Virus record (IMG/VR): IMGVR_UViG_3300042750_000005
Location: 1 to 39,252 of that record
DNA from: a virus
DNA length: 39,252 nt
Direction: 5' to 3' (one strand)
This document shows positions 24,322 through 31,194 of this stretch, piece after piece. Positions within the stretch are counted from its first letter, which is position 1. Each line of letters begins with the position of its first letter. The notes beneath the pieces are model-generated. The model saw nothing but the letters and a program-made list of their open reading frames with translations. It did no database searches and was not told where the DNA came from. A program made the translations under genes and the position numbers.

Positions 24322-24785
24322 AACCAGACTTTCAAATACCGGGATACCTGAACCGCTGGCACCTGATACCGCGAAACAAATGGTTCAATGTTTACCTGCA
24401 TCAGTTTATCGGGCCTGACACCGGCACCGCGTGGCATGACCACCCATGGTGGAACCTGACCATAAAACTGCGTGGCGATTATGTGGAGACGGGTAATGGT
24501 GTCCGCAGGATGCTGGATGAGCGTGTAATTTTGCGTCGGCCAACATCCGCACACAAAATTGTTGACATTGACGCGCCGTGCTGGACGCTGTTCATCACCG
24601 GGCCGGTCGTGCGCGACTGGGGCTTCTGGGTTGATGGCAAATGGGTGAAACACACGGATTATCTGGACCCCATCCATGACGGTGAAATGCCATCGCCTCC
24701 CCCAAAAATGAGTGCGATAACCAAGGCGCGGCTGATGGGGGCACATGTTGCATTCGCTGGAAGGTTCACAAGGGGGCCGCGATGA
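24318..24785 (+). CDS. Hypothetical conserved phage protein (HDHPW motif)
   Basis: GGGAG ribosome-binding site and ATGA overlap. YLNRWHLIPRNKWFNVYLHQFIGPDTGTAWHDHPWWNLTIKL...WTLFITGPVVRDWGFW is a pattern I have seen in prophage genes of unknown function. Confidence 0.5.
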   Translation: MKPDFQIPGYLNRWHLIPRNKWFNVYLHQFIGPDTGTAWHDHPWWNLTIKLRGDYVETGNGVRRMLDERVILRRPTSAHKIVDIDAPCWTLFITGPVVRDWGFWVDGKWVKHTDYLDPIHDGEMPSPPPKMSAITKARLMGAHVAFAGRFTRGPR

Positions 24786-24868
24786 ATGCGGCAATATCCT
24801 TAACGCTCGTGGTGATCGGTGTGCTGCTGTTCTGCGCGGTGTCCGGCTACGTGATCCGCAATGATTGA
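24782..24868 (+). CDS. Possible 28-aa transmembrane peptide
   Basis: ATGA overlap with the previous stop. The product is MNAAISLTLVVIGVLLFCAVSGYVIRND. It is very short, so confidence is low. Confidence 0.25.
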   Translation: MNAAISLTLVVIGVLLFCAVSGYVIRND

Positions 24869-24992
24869 AATCCGGCGCAGCGATGCGTCAGATCGCGGCT
24901 GGTTACGCCCTGTGGCTGGCCGCGCCGTTTCTCCCTGTAAACTTGGCCCTGCGCGGTTAACTCCGCGTGGGGCGATCTTTTAGGAGTTGAAT

Positions 24993-25694
24993 ATGGCAAG
25001 GATCGAAACGCTGGCTGATGGGGTAACTCTCCTGCTTGGCGACTGCATGGATATTTTGCCCGGATTGCCAAAGCATGACGCGCTGGTGACTGACCCGCCT
25101 TATGGGATTAATTACCAATCATCTCTAACCGGGTTAGGGGCGCAAAAATTTGACAAGATAATTGGCGACATTGCAGAAATTGACCTATCCCTTATTCTAA
25201 ATCTCCAAATTCCAATTTTGGTATTTGGAGCTAATAACTTTCCGGCGCAGCTTCCCCAGCGGGGCCGGTGGTTATGCTGGGATAAGCGCACGATTGACGG
25301 CGCTTCGGATGCAATGCTGGGATCACCCTTTGAGTTGGCGTGGTCTAACAAAAAAAGTGGGTATGATAAGATTGTTCGCATTTTACACGGCGGCGTCGTC
25401 AATGCGGATGGCAAAGGCTTGCGCGTTCACCCTACACAGAAGCCTGTTGGCTTGATGAAGGCATGCATAGAATGGGTGGCAAATGACGCCAAAACCATCA
25501 TGGACCCGTTCATGGGCAGCGGCACAACCGGCGTTGCAGCCGTACAGATGGGGCGCAAGTTCACCGGCATTGAGATTTCAGAGCGTTACTTTGACATCTC
25601 CTGTAAAAGAGTTGAACAGGCTCTAGCCCAGCCAGATATGTTTATAAATGCCCCCGTTAGCGCACCGGCGCAGGGGTTTTTGGAGGATTTATGA
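24993..25694 (+). CDS. Orphan DNA methyltransferase, beta-class N6-adenine / N4-cytosine type
   Basis: Motif IV (VTDPPYG) comes before motif I (DPFMGSGTTGVAAVQMGRKFTGIE). GGAG lies 8 nt before ATG 24993. No restriction partner is present in the genome. Confidence 0.85.
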   Translation: MARIETLADGVTLLLGDCMDILPGLPKHDALVTDPPYGINYQSSLTGLGAQKFDKIIGDIAEIDLSLILNLQIPILVFGANNFPAQLPQRGRWLCWDKRTIDGASDAMLGSPFELAWSNKKSGYDKIVRILHGGVVNADGKGLRVHPTQKPVGLMKACIEWVANDAKTIMDPFMGSGTTGVAAVQMGRKFTGIEISERYFDISCKRVEQALAQPDMFINAPVSAPAQGFLEDL

Positions 25695-25891
25695 CCAAGA
25701 AGCCGAAGCTACTGCCCTGCGTTTGCGGCGGGACGCCCCACAACCATAAATATCCGGGCGTTACACAAAAGTGGGTGGGATGCGCATCATGCGTTATCGA
25801 GGTTATAGCGTTAACGCCTGGCCATGCGGCGATCATGTGGAACGCATCAATGAAAGCGCTCACGGAGGCGAAAAATGCCGACGTTGATTAA
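25691..25891 (+). CDS. Lar-like restriction alleviation family protein
   Basis: LLPCVCGGTP...WVGCASCVIEV...GHAAIMWNA fits the Lar pattern (PC-x-CGG ... C-x-x-C ... A-x-x-x-WN). ATGA overlap with the methylase gene. Confidence 0.5.
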   Translation: MTKKPKLLPCVCGGTPHNHKYPGVTQKWVGCASCVIEVIALTPGHAAIMWNASMKALTEAKNADVD

Positions 25892-26069
25892 GCCGAAGCA
25901 GGCAGAAGTCGATTTCTGGGAGATTGTTGAACATGAAAAACAGGCAATCCGTGTCCGGGTGTCTGGCAGCTTTTCCATATCCGACCCGAAAAAGCTGGGC
26001 GAATATATCGACAGGCTAAAAAGAGCGCATGCGTATCTAAAATCACAAGGCAAGGGGAAACAAAAATGA
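25875..26069 (+). CDS. Hypothetical protein
   Basis: GGAGG ribosome-binding site. 64 aa. Confidence 0.45.
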   Translation: MPTLIKPKQAEVDFWEIVEHEKQAIRVRVSGSFSISDPKKLGEYIDRLKRAHAYLKSQGKGKQK

Positions 26070-26176
26070 CTTTCCGTGCATCGGGTGCATCAACAGGTAG
26101 GCGGGCCAAACCGCAAAGGTTTTGTCTCGAATGTATGCAAGCGGCATTGCCGGAAACAATTGGAGAGGGACGATGA
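26066..26176 (+). pseudogene. Ghost 5' fragment of a DUF1064-family gene, left of the homing endonuclease
   Basis: MTFRASGASTGRRAKPQRFCLEC... compared with MKSFRASGASTGRKAKAQRFCLRC... at 26706. 19 of 23 aligned residues are identical, but 12 of those use different synonymous codons. The frame then diverges and stops at 26174-26176. Confidence 0.6.
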
Positions 26177-26709
26177 TTACTATTGAATTAACAGAATATC
26201 GTCTAAAAGAATTACTGCACTATGACCAAGATACGGGCATATTTACGCGATTAATTCAAATGTCTAGTAACGCAAAAGCTGGCGACAGAGCCGGGTCGTT
26301 TCATGTCGATGGTTATTTATGTATTAGCATAGACGGGAAAAAGTATAGGTCTCACAGGCTGGCGTGGTTTTACATGACCGGCGATTGGCCAACATCGGAT
26401 ATTGATCACATCAATGGCGTCAGAAGTGATAACCGGTTCGTTAATTTACGGCAGGCCACAAAGCCCCAAAACAATCAAAATTGCGCATTTTATAAAAATA
26501 ACAAATCTGGTTTTAGAGGTGTTTACTATTCCCCCGGCGGCAGAAAGAAAAAATGGCACGCCTGTATAAGGATCTCAGGGCGCACTAAGTTTATTGGTTA
26601 TTTCGCAAGCCGCGAAGACGCCCACGCCGCATATTTAGCGGCTAAAGCGAAATATCACCCATTTCAGCCTGTGCCGAGAGAGGTTTTGATCATGGAGGCA
26701 ACATTATGA
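26173..26709 (+). mobile_element. Free-standing HNH homing endonuclease gene (HNH_3 plus AP2 DNA-binding domain)
   Basis: YRSHRLAWFYMTGDWPTSDIDHINGVRSDNRFVNLRQATKPQNNQN is the HNH part and SGFRGVYY...KKKWHACIRISGRTKFIGYFASREDAHAAYLAAKAKY is the AP2 part. GGAGAGGGA ribosome-binding site. The gene is visibly more AT-rich than its flanks. Confidence 0.85.
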
Positions 26710-27188
26710 AATCATTCCGCGCATCCGGCGCATCTACAGGGCGCAAAGCAAAGGCGCAACGCTTCTGTCTGCGCTGCGAAGAACCTGTTTTGGGCATAGG
26801 CAAAAACTGCGACATATGCGGGAAGCCAGCGGAAAAATTCGACAGCAAGGCGGAATACAATCACTTCCACAAGCTGAAATTGCGCGAAAGGGCCGGTGAG
26901 ATATTCGGCCTGCGCTGCCATCCCAAATTCGAATTGAACGTGCGCCCCAATGATTATAACGGGCATGAGGGGGTGCACGTTTGTTACTACAGCCCTGATT
27001 TCAGCTATTCGGTCAAGGACGCCTATCACCCAGGGGGCGTTGCCGTGCACGAAGACGTGAAACCTGGAAAGCTGGTGAAGTCCGGCAAGATGAAGGGGCA
27101 GAAGAAGCCCGTAATGACCGCCGACGCTGCGCTAAAGATCAAGCTGTTCCAAGCCCTTTATGGGGTGAAGGTAAACATCATTTGTTGA
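26706..27188 (+). CDS. DUF1064-family endonuclease (putative Holliday-junction resolvase type) with an N-terminal Cys4 extension
   Basis: FDSKAEYNHFHKLKLRERAGEIFGLRCHPKFEL...YSPDFSY...VHEDVKPG...KIKLFQALYG fits the DUF1064 pattern. CLRC...CDIC lies at the N-terminus. Confidence 0.6.
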   Translation: MKSFRASGASTGRKAKAQRFCLRCEEPVLGIGKNCDICGKPAEKFDSKAEYNHFHKLKLRERAGEIFGLRCHPKFELNVRPNDYNGHEGVHVCYYSPDFSYSVKDAYHPGGVAVHEDVKPGKLVKSGKMKGQKKPVMTADAALKIKLFQALYGVKVNIIC

Positions 27189-27520
27189 ACACGAAGCGAT
27201 ACAGGGTAACATCAAGCAATATAACCGTAAACGGCTCGCGCGTCACGTCCAAAAGCCCTGCATGGCTGGGGCTGGATATGAGCAAGGCCGAACCGCGACA
27301 GCAAAGCACGATGATGCTGTTTGCTGTTGGCGCACACGCCCCGATTGATGTTCATCTGAGCGTTCCGTTTCAGCACGCTGGCGACACGGTAGATTCGGGA
27401 TGTTTCTACCGTGTCCGGCCAAAAATGGAAATTGGCGAGAAATGGCAGGGGAAAACTGTGGGATCGGTTGCGTTTGAGCGCTGGGATGGTGAGTGGTTTA
27501 TCGCGGTTAGATTTTGTTGA
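27182..27520 (+). CDS. Hypothetical protein (start uncertain)
   Basis: The ORF is open from a TTG at 27182, and an internal ATG at 27278 is also possible. The C-terminal GKTVGSVAFERWDGEWFIAVRF looks protein-like. No clear ribosome-binding site. Confidence 0.35.
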   Translation: MLNTKRYRVTSSNITVNGSRVTSKSPAWLGLDMSKAEPRQQSTMMLFAVGAHAPIDVHLSVPFQHAGDTVDSGCFYRVRPKMEIGEKWQGKTVGSVAFERWDGEWFIAVRFC

Positions 27521-27543
27521 TCTGCGCGCCGTGGGCCGTTTAT

Positions 27544-27561
27544 GCGCCGCGCGCGCGGCGC
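27544..27561 (+). terminator. 18-bp perfect GC palindrome GCGCCGCGCGCGCGGCGC followed by CTTCTT (weak terminator candidate)
   Basis: Read directly from the sequence. It lies 24 nt after the stop of the 27182 ORF, at the end of the early rightward operon. Confidence 0.35.
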
Positions 27562-27731
27562 GCTTCTTAGGGACACTGGGGAGCGGCCCCCGCATACGCA
27601 GTAACCGCTCAACCTGCGACACGGGCGCAGTCCCAGTGTGAGAGGATCATACGATATTGCTTGTCGCCGCGCAACGCATGAATCCGGCCTCGCCATGCCT
27701 TTGATTCCGCTTGCCTGACACCAAAAAATAT

Positions 27732-27760
27732 TTGACTTAGGTCACATTTATGGGTAATTT
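27732..27760 (+). promoter_or_regulatory. Sigma70-like promoter TTGACT-17-TAATTT with an upstream A-tract
   Basis: TTGACT at 27732-27737 and TAATTT at 27755-27760, preceded by CCAAAAAATAT. It lies upstream of the replication gene. Confidence 0.55.
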
Positions 27761-27873
27761 ATATCCGCGCATGACTGATCATCGTGCTTTGGGGGGATGG
27801 GTGAAAACGGAGTTGTTCCCGTCAAGCCGCCCCCCGCCCCTTCCCGCCAGGGAATGAACAACAGGAGGCCGCC

Positions 27874-28542
27874 ATTAATTACTACAAACACCACCTTGGT
27901 GATTACGAAACCCGCACCCGCCATTTAAGCCTGGCCGAGCATGGCGCGTACCGCCAGCTTATGGACGCTTACTACGCCACTGAAGAGCCTTTGCCGCTCG
28001 ACATAAACCGCATCTGCAAGATGATCAGGGTCTCAAACAGGACAGAAAAGCGACACGTTCTTGCAATTATCGTGCAGTTTTTTGAACAAAGTCCTGACGG
28101 CTTCCGGCATCACAGAATTGATCGTGAAATCGCAGTCTATCGCGAAAAAGCCTTAATAAACAAGGGCAATGCCAAGCGAACCGCTAAGCGAAACGAGAGC
28201 CAACCGCTAAGCGAAACGGCAACCAAGCCAGTAACCACTAACCAAGAACCAATAACCAATATACATATTATAGGCCCGACTAGCGTCGGCGAAAGCCCCC
28301 GCTTGAAAAGGAAAAGCAGGCTGGCCCCGGAATGGGAGATTGAGGAAGATGACCCAAACCACCTGTACTGCAAGGCCAAGGGCATGACGTGGGCGGAAAT
28401 GGAAGTCGAAGAGGAAAAATTCAAAAACCATCACACAGCGAAGGGTAACGTCATGCTGGACTGGAACGCAGCATGGCGGACCTGGGTTAACAACTGGCTG
28501 ACATACAGGAGGGGGGATTATGGCAAGGCGCAAGGACGGTGA
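27874..28542 (+). CDS. DUF1376 (YdaU-like) replication-associated protein; apparent ATT start
   Basis: The domain signature INYYKHHLGDYETRTRHLSLAEHGAYRQLMDAYYATEEPLP begins 29 codons upstream of the first in-frame ATG (27961). No ATG, GTG or TTG lies between the upstream stop and 27961. AGGAGG (27863-27868) sits 5 nt before ATT 27874. Confidence 0.6.
   Translation: MNYYKHHLGDYETRTRHLSLAEHGAYRQLMDAYYATEEPLPLDINRICKMIRVSNRTEKRHVLAIIVQFFEQSPDGFRHHRIDREIAVYREKALINKGNAKRTAKRNESQPLSETATKPVTTNQEPITNIHIIGPTSVGESPRLKRKSRLAPEWEIEEDDPNHLYCKAKGMTWAEMEVEEEKFKNHHTAKGNVMLDWNAAWRTWVNNWLTYRRGDYGKAQGR
28174..28274. repeat. Iteron-like direct repeats plus an AT-rich tract inside the DUF1376 gene (candidate replication origin)
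   Basis: The 17-mer AACCGCTAAGCGAAACG occurs at 28179-28195 and 28202-28218, a 23-bp period. AAGCGAA occurs three times and AACCA five times (28221-28258). AATAACCAATATACATATTATAGG follows. Confidence 0.45.
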
Positions 28543-28969
28543 AGAAACACGGGTTGATTGCGATGCGGTGGACCGTGACCATGACTGGCAGGCCATCTAT
28601 GCAAAACTGCGCACGGCCATAGGGGACCATCACGCCTATAACTGGTTCGGGCATTGCCGGTATCTGTCCTGCCATGACGGCATGATCCGGCTGGAGCATT
28701 GGTGCGCCTTCGCCGCGAAGGAATCACTGGCCCGGCACGGTTATGAACTCTGCAAAGCCGCGAACGTCCTGAACGCGGCTATCAGGTTCAATGGCGGCAC
28801 GGTCCCACACGGCTGTACAGCCCGAAAATCAGACGGCTATGCGCAATACACCATGCCCGGCCCGGTATCGGCGTCAACAGCGGAATATCGCATGCGGGTA
28901 ATAAATGATGCGCTGAACGGTGTTAGGGTGCCTACAGGAAGCCGTCAGTGTCGCACTGACGGCGATTGA
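28520..28969 (+). CDS. Hypothetical protein (replication-module position; loader or accessory candidate)
   Basis: 149 aa. AGGAGGGGGG lies just upstream of ATG 28520. It overlaps the DUF1376 3' end by 23 nt. Confidence 0.45.
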   Translation: MARRKDGEETRVDCDAVDRDHDWQAIYAKLRTAIGDHHAYNWFGHCRYLSCHDGMIRLEHWCAFAAKESLARHGYELCKAANVLNAAIRFNGGTVPHGCTARKSDGYAQYTMPGPVSASTAEYRMRVINDALNGVRVPTGSRQCRTDGD

Positions 28970-29031
28970 GGGTGTGGCATGTATCATTTAGTGGAAAACG
29001 GCCTACGGGCCTCTGGTGAAGGAATTTGGGC

Positions 29032-29238
29032 ATGGACAAAATGTGGTGCAAGGTAACATGGCTATGGCCAACATGGCTATGGCCGTGCGCGCCTGATGAT
29101 CTGTGGAGTCACCTCCCGGGTGACATTGGGGGCTTTAATCTGCCATCCGGGGAGATTATTTATCGGGGCGGAGAGAGGCCAATATCCACAAAGCCGGTCA
29201 AGGTTGCGGGGATGCAATGTGAGTATGAAATGTTATGA
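29032..29238 (+). CDS. Small Trp-rich hypothetical protein
   Basis: GAAGGA lies 8 nt before ATG 29032. ATGA overlap with the next gene. It contains the 15-bp tandem duplication. Confidence 0.3.
   Translation: MDKMWCKVTWLWPTWLWPCAPDDLWSHLPGDIGGFNLPSGEIIYRGGERPISTKPVKVAGMQCEYEML
29055..29084. repeat. Perfect 15-bp tandem duplication (AACATGGCTATGGCC x2)
   Basis: Read directly from the sequence. It encodes TWLWP-TWLWP in the small ORF. Confidence 0.9.
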
Positions 29239-29996
29239 CTAAAATCGAATGGACGCGAAATGACGATGGGACGGAAGGCAAGGCCTGGAATCCGATTGCA
29301 GGGTGCAGCGTCGTTTCGCCCGGCTGCACAAACTGCTACGCAATGCGTATGGCGGGTCGGATTGAAAAAATGCTGCCTGATAGCCATTACGGCGGCCTGA
29401 CGAAGACTGTAAACGGGAATCCTGTCTGGACAGGTAAGATCGCCCGCGCACCGGATCACATTTTCAATGCGCCGCTCAAGTGGCGGAATCCGACGCGGGT
29501 GTTTGTAAACAGCATGTCCGACCTGTTTCACGAAGATGTGCCGGATAACTGGATATATGATGTTTTTGAAATTATGGCTGGCGAATCGGGGCATCAATTC
29601 CAAATTTTAACCAAGCGCCCCGAAATAGCGTTGTCAATCAATCATTGGCTTGAGTGGCGTCCGAACATATGGCTGGGCGTCAGCGTCGAGAGCGCCGACC
29701 ATACACACCGAATTGATACGCTCAGAAAAACGAGCGCCGCAATCAAATTTCTGTCGCTGGAGCCGCTGTTAGGCCCATTGCCAGGCCTGAATCTTGATCG
29801 AATTGATTGGGTCATCGTTGGCGGTGAATCCGGCCCCGGCAAGCGCCCGGTAAATATCGACTGGATGCGGGATATCAGGGACCAATGCAAAGCGGCCGGC
29901 GTCCCGCTGTTTGTGAAACAGATAGACAAGAAAATACCGATCCCGGATGATTTGATGATACGGGAATGGCCCAAAACGAAAGGAGTTGAGGTATGA
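29235..29996 (+). CDS. Phage Gp37/Gp68 family protein (DUF5131)
   Basis: The N-terminus KIEWTRNDDGTEGKAWNPIAGCSVVSPGCTNCYAMRMAGR is the family signature (IEWT...WNP..GC...SPGC.NCYA). Confidence 0.75.
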   Translation: MTKIEWTRNDDGTEGKAWNPIAGCSVVSPGCTNCYAMRMAGRIEKMLPDSHYGGLTKTVNGNPVWTGKIARAPDHIFNAPLKWRNPTRVFVNSMSDLFHEDVPDNWIYDVFEIMAGESGHQFQILTKRPEIALSINHWLEWRPNIWLGVSVESADHTHRIDTLRKTSAAIKFLSLEPLLGPLPGLNLDRIDWVIVGGESGPGKRPVNIDWMRDIRDQCKAAGVPLFVKQIDKKIPIPDDLMIREWPKTKGVEV

Positions 29997-30397
29997 AGTT
30001 TGCAGAGTTTCATGATCTGTTGGGGATAATGAACGCCATTGCCAACCCGGATAAATATAGGGGTGAATCGAAACGGCTTTATGACACATTCATGGTCAAC
30101 CATGTTGATCTGCCCAAACCAGTGGGCATGGACGGGCAGCAGCCTGCGCAACCGTGCCGCGCGCCATGGGTATGTATGATATGCCGTAAGGCCCGCGCTA
30201 CGGGCTGGCTGGCTGCTGCGATAGGGCTTAAGCCACGCGCCCGGATAGTGTGCGCCCACTGCGCGGAGGATGTTGCCGGTTGCGGCTATATCTCATTCGC
30301 CGAAATGGCGGGCATTACGGAGGATGCGGAACTGAACGCAATCTGTGAATATCGGGCGGGTATGCCATCGGTTGCAGTGAAGATGGAGGATTTATGA
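29993..30397 (+). CDS. Hypothetical Cys-containing protein
   Basis: 134 aa with an ATGA overlap. CMIC...CAHC pairs suggest a zinc ribbon. Confidence 0.45.
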   Translation: MKFAEFHDLLGIMNAIANPDKYRGESKRLYDTFMVNHVDLPKPVGMDGQQPAQPCRAPWVCMICRKARATGWLAAAIGLKPRARIVCAHCAEDVAGCGYISFAEMAGITEDAELNAICEYRAGMPSVAVKMEDL

Positions 30398-30430
30398 TTG
30401 CAATCGCTGACCGGGTGTGGCAATGTCTGA

Positions 30431-30454
30431 ATGTGTGTGCTTTTATGTGTGTGC
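30431..30454. repeat. Direct repeat ATGTGTGTGC-tttt-ATGTGTGTGC
   Basis: Read directly from the sequence, in the convergent intergenic gap. Confidence 0.9.
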
Positions 30455-30455
30455 G

Positions 30456-30494
30456 CCCCCTAACCAGCCGCAACCCTGTTAGGGGGATTGTTTT
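30456..30494 (+). terminator. Rho-independent terminator (9-bp perfect stem CCCCCTAAC / GTTAGGGGG, then ATTGTTTTA)
   Basis: The stem arms lie at 30456-30464 and 30478-30486 with a 13-nt loop. The T-tract at 30488-30494 overlaps the stop codon of the convergent minus-strand gene. Confidence 0.7.
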
Positions 30495-30912
30495 ATAGGG
30501 CCGCCAAAACCCAGACACCGGCCTTTTTTGCGCGCCGTATCATGTCTTCCGTCCCTTTTCCTCCTGGGAACGCCACAACCATATCTGGCTTGCCGTCATC
30601 CAGCATTAACTGATTTCGGATCGGCCCAGCCGCTTTACCGTGGCTGGACCAGTCAGCGGGATATACCTTTGCCGCGCAGCCAAGTTCGGCGGCGATTTCA
30701 CCGGCGAGAGTGTCAGCCCCGGGCGCGCCACCGTGCATAATGGCGTCGGTATCGGGGTTGAACAGCGCATGTATGACGTTGCGCATCCGGGCTTTATCGG
30801 TATAATTCCGGCCACCGCATATCAGTATGCGCCTCATACCATCCACCATAGATACGCCTGACAGACAATCCCGGCCAGCAGCAGCAGGCATATGAAATCG
30901 CGGGTCATTCAT
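30493..30912 (-). CDS. SLOG-superfamily protein, DUF2493 / YspA-related
   Basis: RILICGGRNYTD...IMHGGAPGADTLAGEIAAELG...VYPADWSSHGKAAGPIRNQLML...DMVVAFPGGKGTEDMIRRAKKAGVWV fits the DUF2493 pattern closely. The start is uncertain: 30912 is coupled, while 30849 or 30837 fit the family N-terminus MRRIL. Confidence 0.75.
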   Translation of the reverse strand: MNDPRFHMPAAAGRDCLSGVSMVDGMRRILICGGRNYTDKARMRNVIHALFNPDTDAIMHGGAPGADTLAGEIAAELGCAAKVYPADWSSHGKAAGPIRNQLMLDDGKPDMVVAFPGGKGTEDMIRRAKKAGVWVLAAL

Positions 30913-30997
30913 CAAGCTTCCCAAAATTATCAATTTCGCGCGCGTCGATCCATGCAATCCAATATATGATCCCGAGCAGAATCCAAATGCCGGTCAT
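30905..30997 (-). CDS. Possible 30-aa transmembrane peptide
   Basis: ATGA overlap with the upstream stop and a GGAG ribosome-binding site. The product is MTGIWILLGIIYWIAWIDAREIDNFGKLDE. Confidence 0.3.
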   Translation of the reverse strand: MTGIWILLGIIYWIAWIDAREIDNFGKLDE

Positions 30998-31194
30998 TTC
31001 ACACTCCAAGGGTTGCCATTACAATTATGGTGCGGCGCATGGTTTTTACACCAGGCACAGATTTTAGGAACCGGGTTGCATTCACACTGAAAGTTGTCTG
31101 TATGCCGGAAGCCTTCATACATATGATTATGCTGTAAGAACATCCCCATATCGGCCCAAAGCGCCCCACTGCCAGCCGGATGCGAGTCAATCAT
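30994..31194 (-). CDS. Small Cys/His-rich hypothetical protein
   Basis: The product runs MIDSHPAG...FQCECNPVPKICAWCKNHAPHHNCNGNPW. I prefer ATG 31194 to the TTG at 31200. Confidence 0.45.
   Translation of the reverse strand: MIDSHPAGSGALWADMGMFLQHNHMYEGFRHTDNFQCECNPVPKICAWCKNHAPHHNCNGNPWSVK

Noticed and set aside
26122-26172. The upstream extension of the HNH ORF given in the track (start 26122).
   Set aside because: The extension overlaps the ghost DUF1064 fragment in another frame. ATG 26173 has a GGAGAGGGA ribosome-binding site and gives the usual N-terminus for this endonuclease type.
27854-27928. An ATG at 27854 followed by a programmed frameshift, as an alternative way to express the DUF1376 gene.
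   Set aside because: That frame runs only 24 codons to a TAA. No slippery X-XXY-YYZ site or obvious stimulator is present. Its ATG is only 1 nt from the nearest purine-rich stretch. The ATT behind the consensus ACAGGAGG is the simpler explanation.
29182-29190. ATATCCACA, an 8/9 match to the DnaA box TTATCCACA.
   Set aside because: It is a single copy, and one-mismatch 9-mers are expected several times by chance in 39 kb on both strands.
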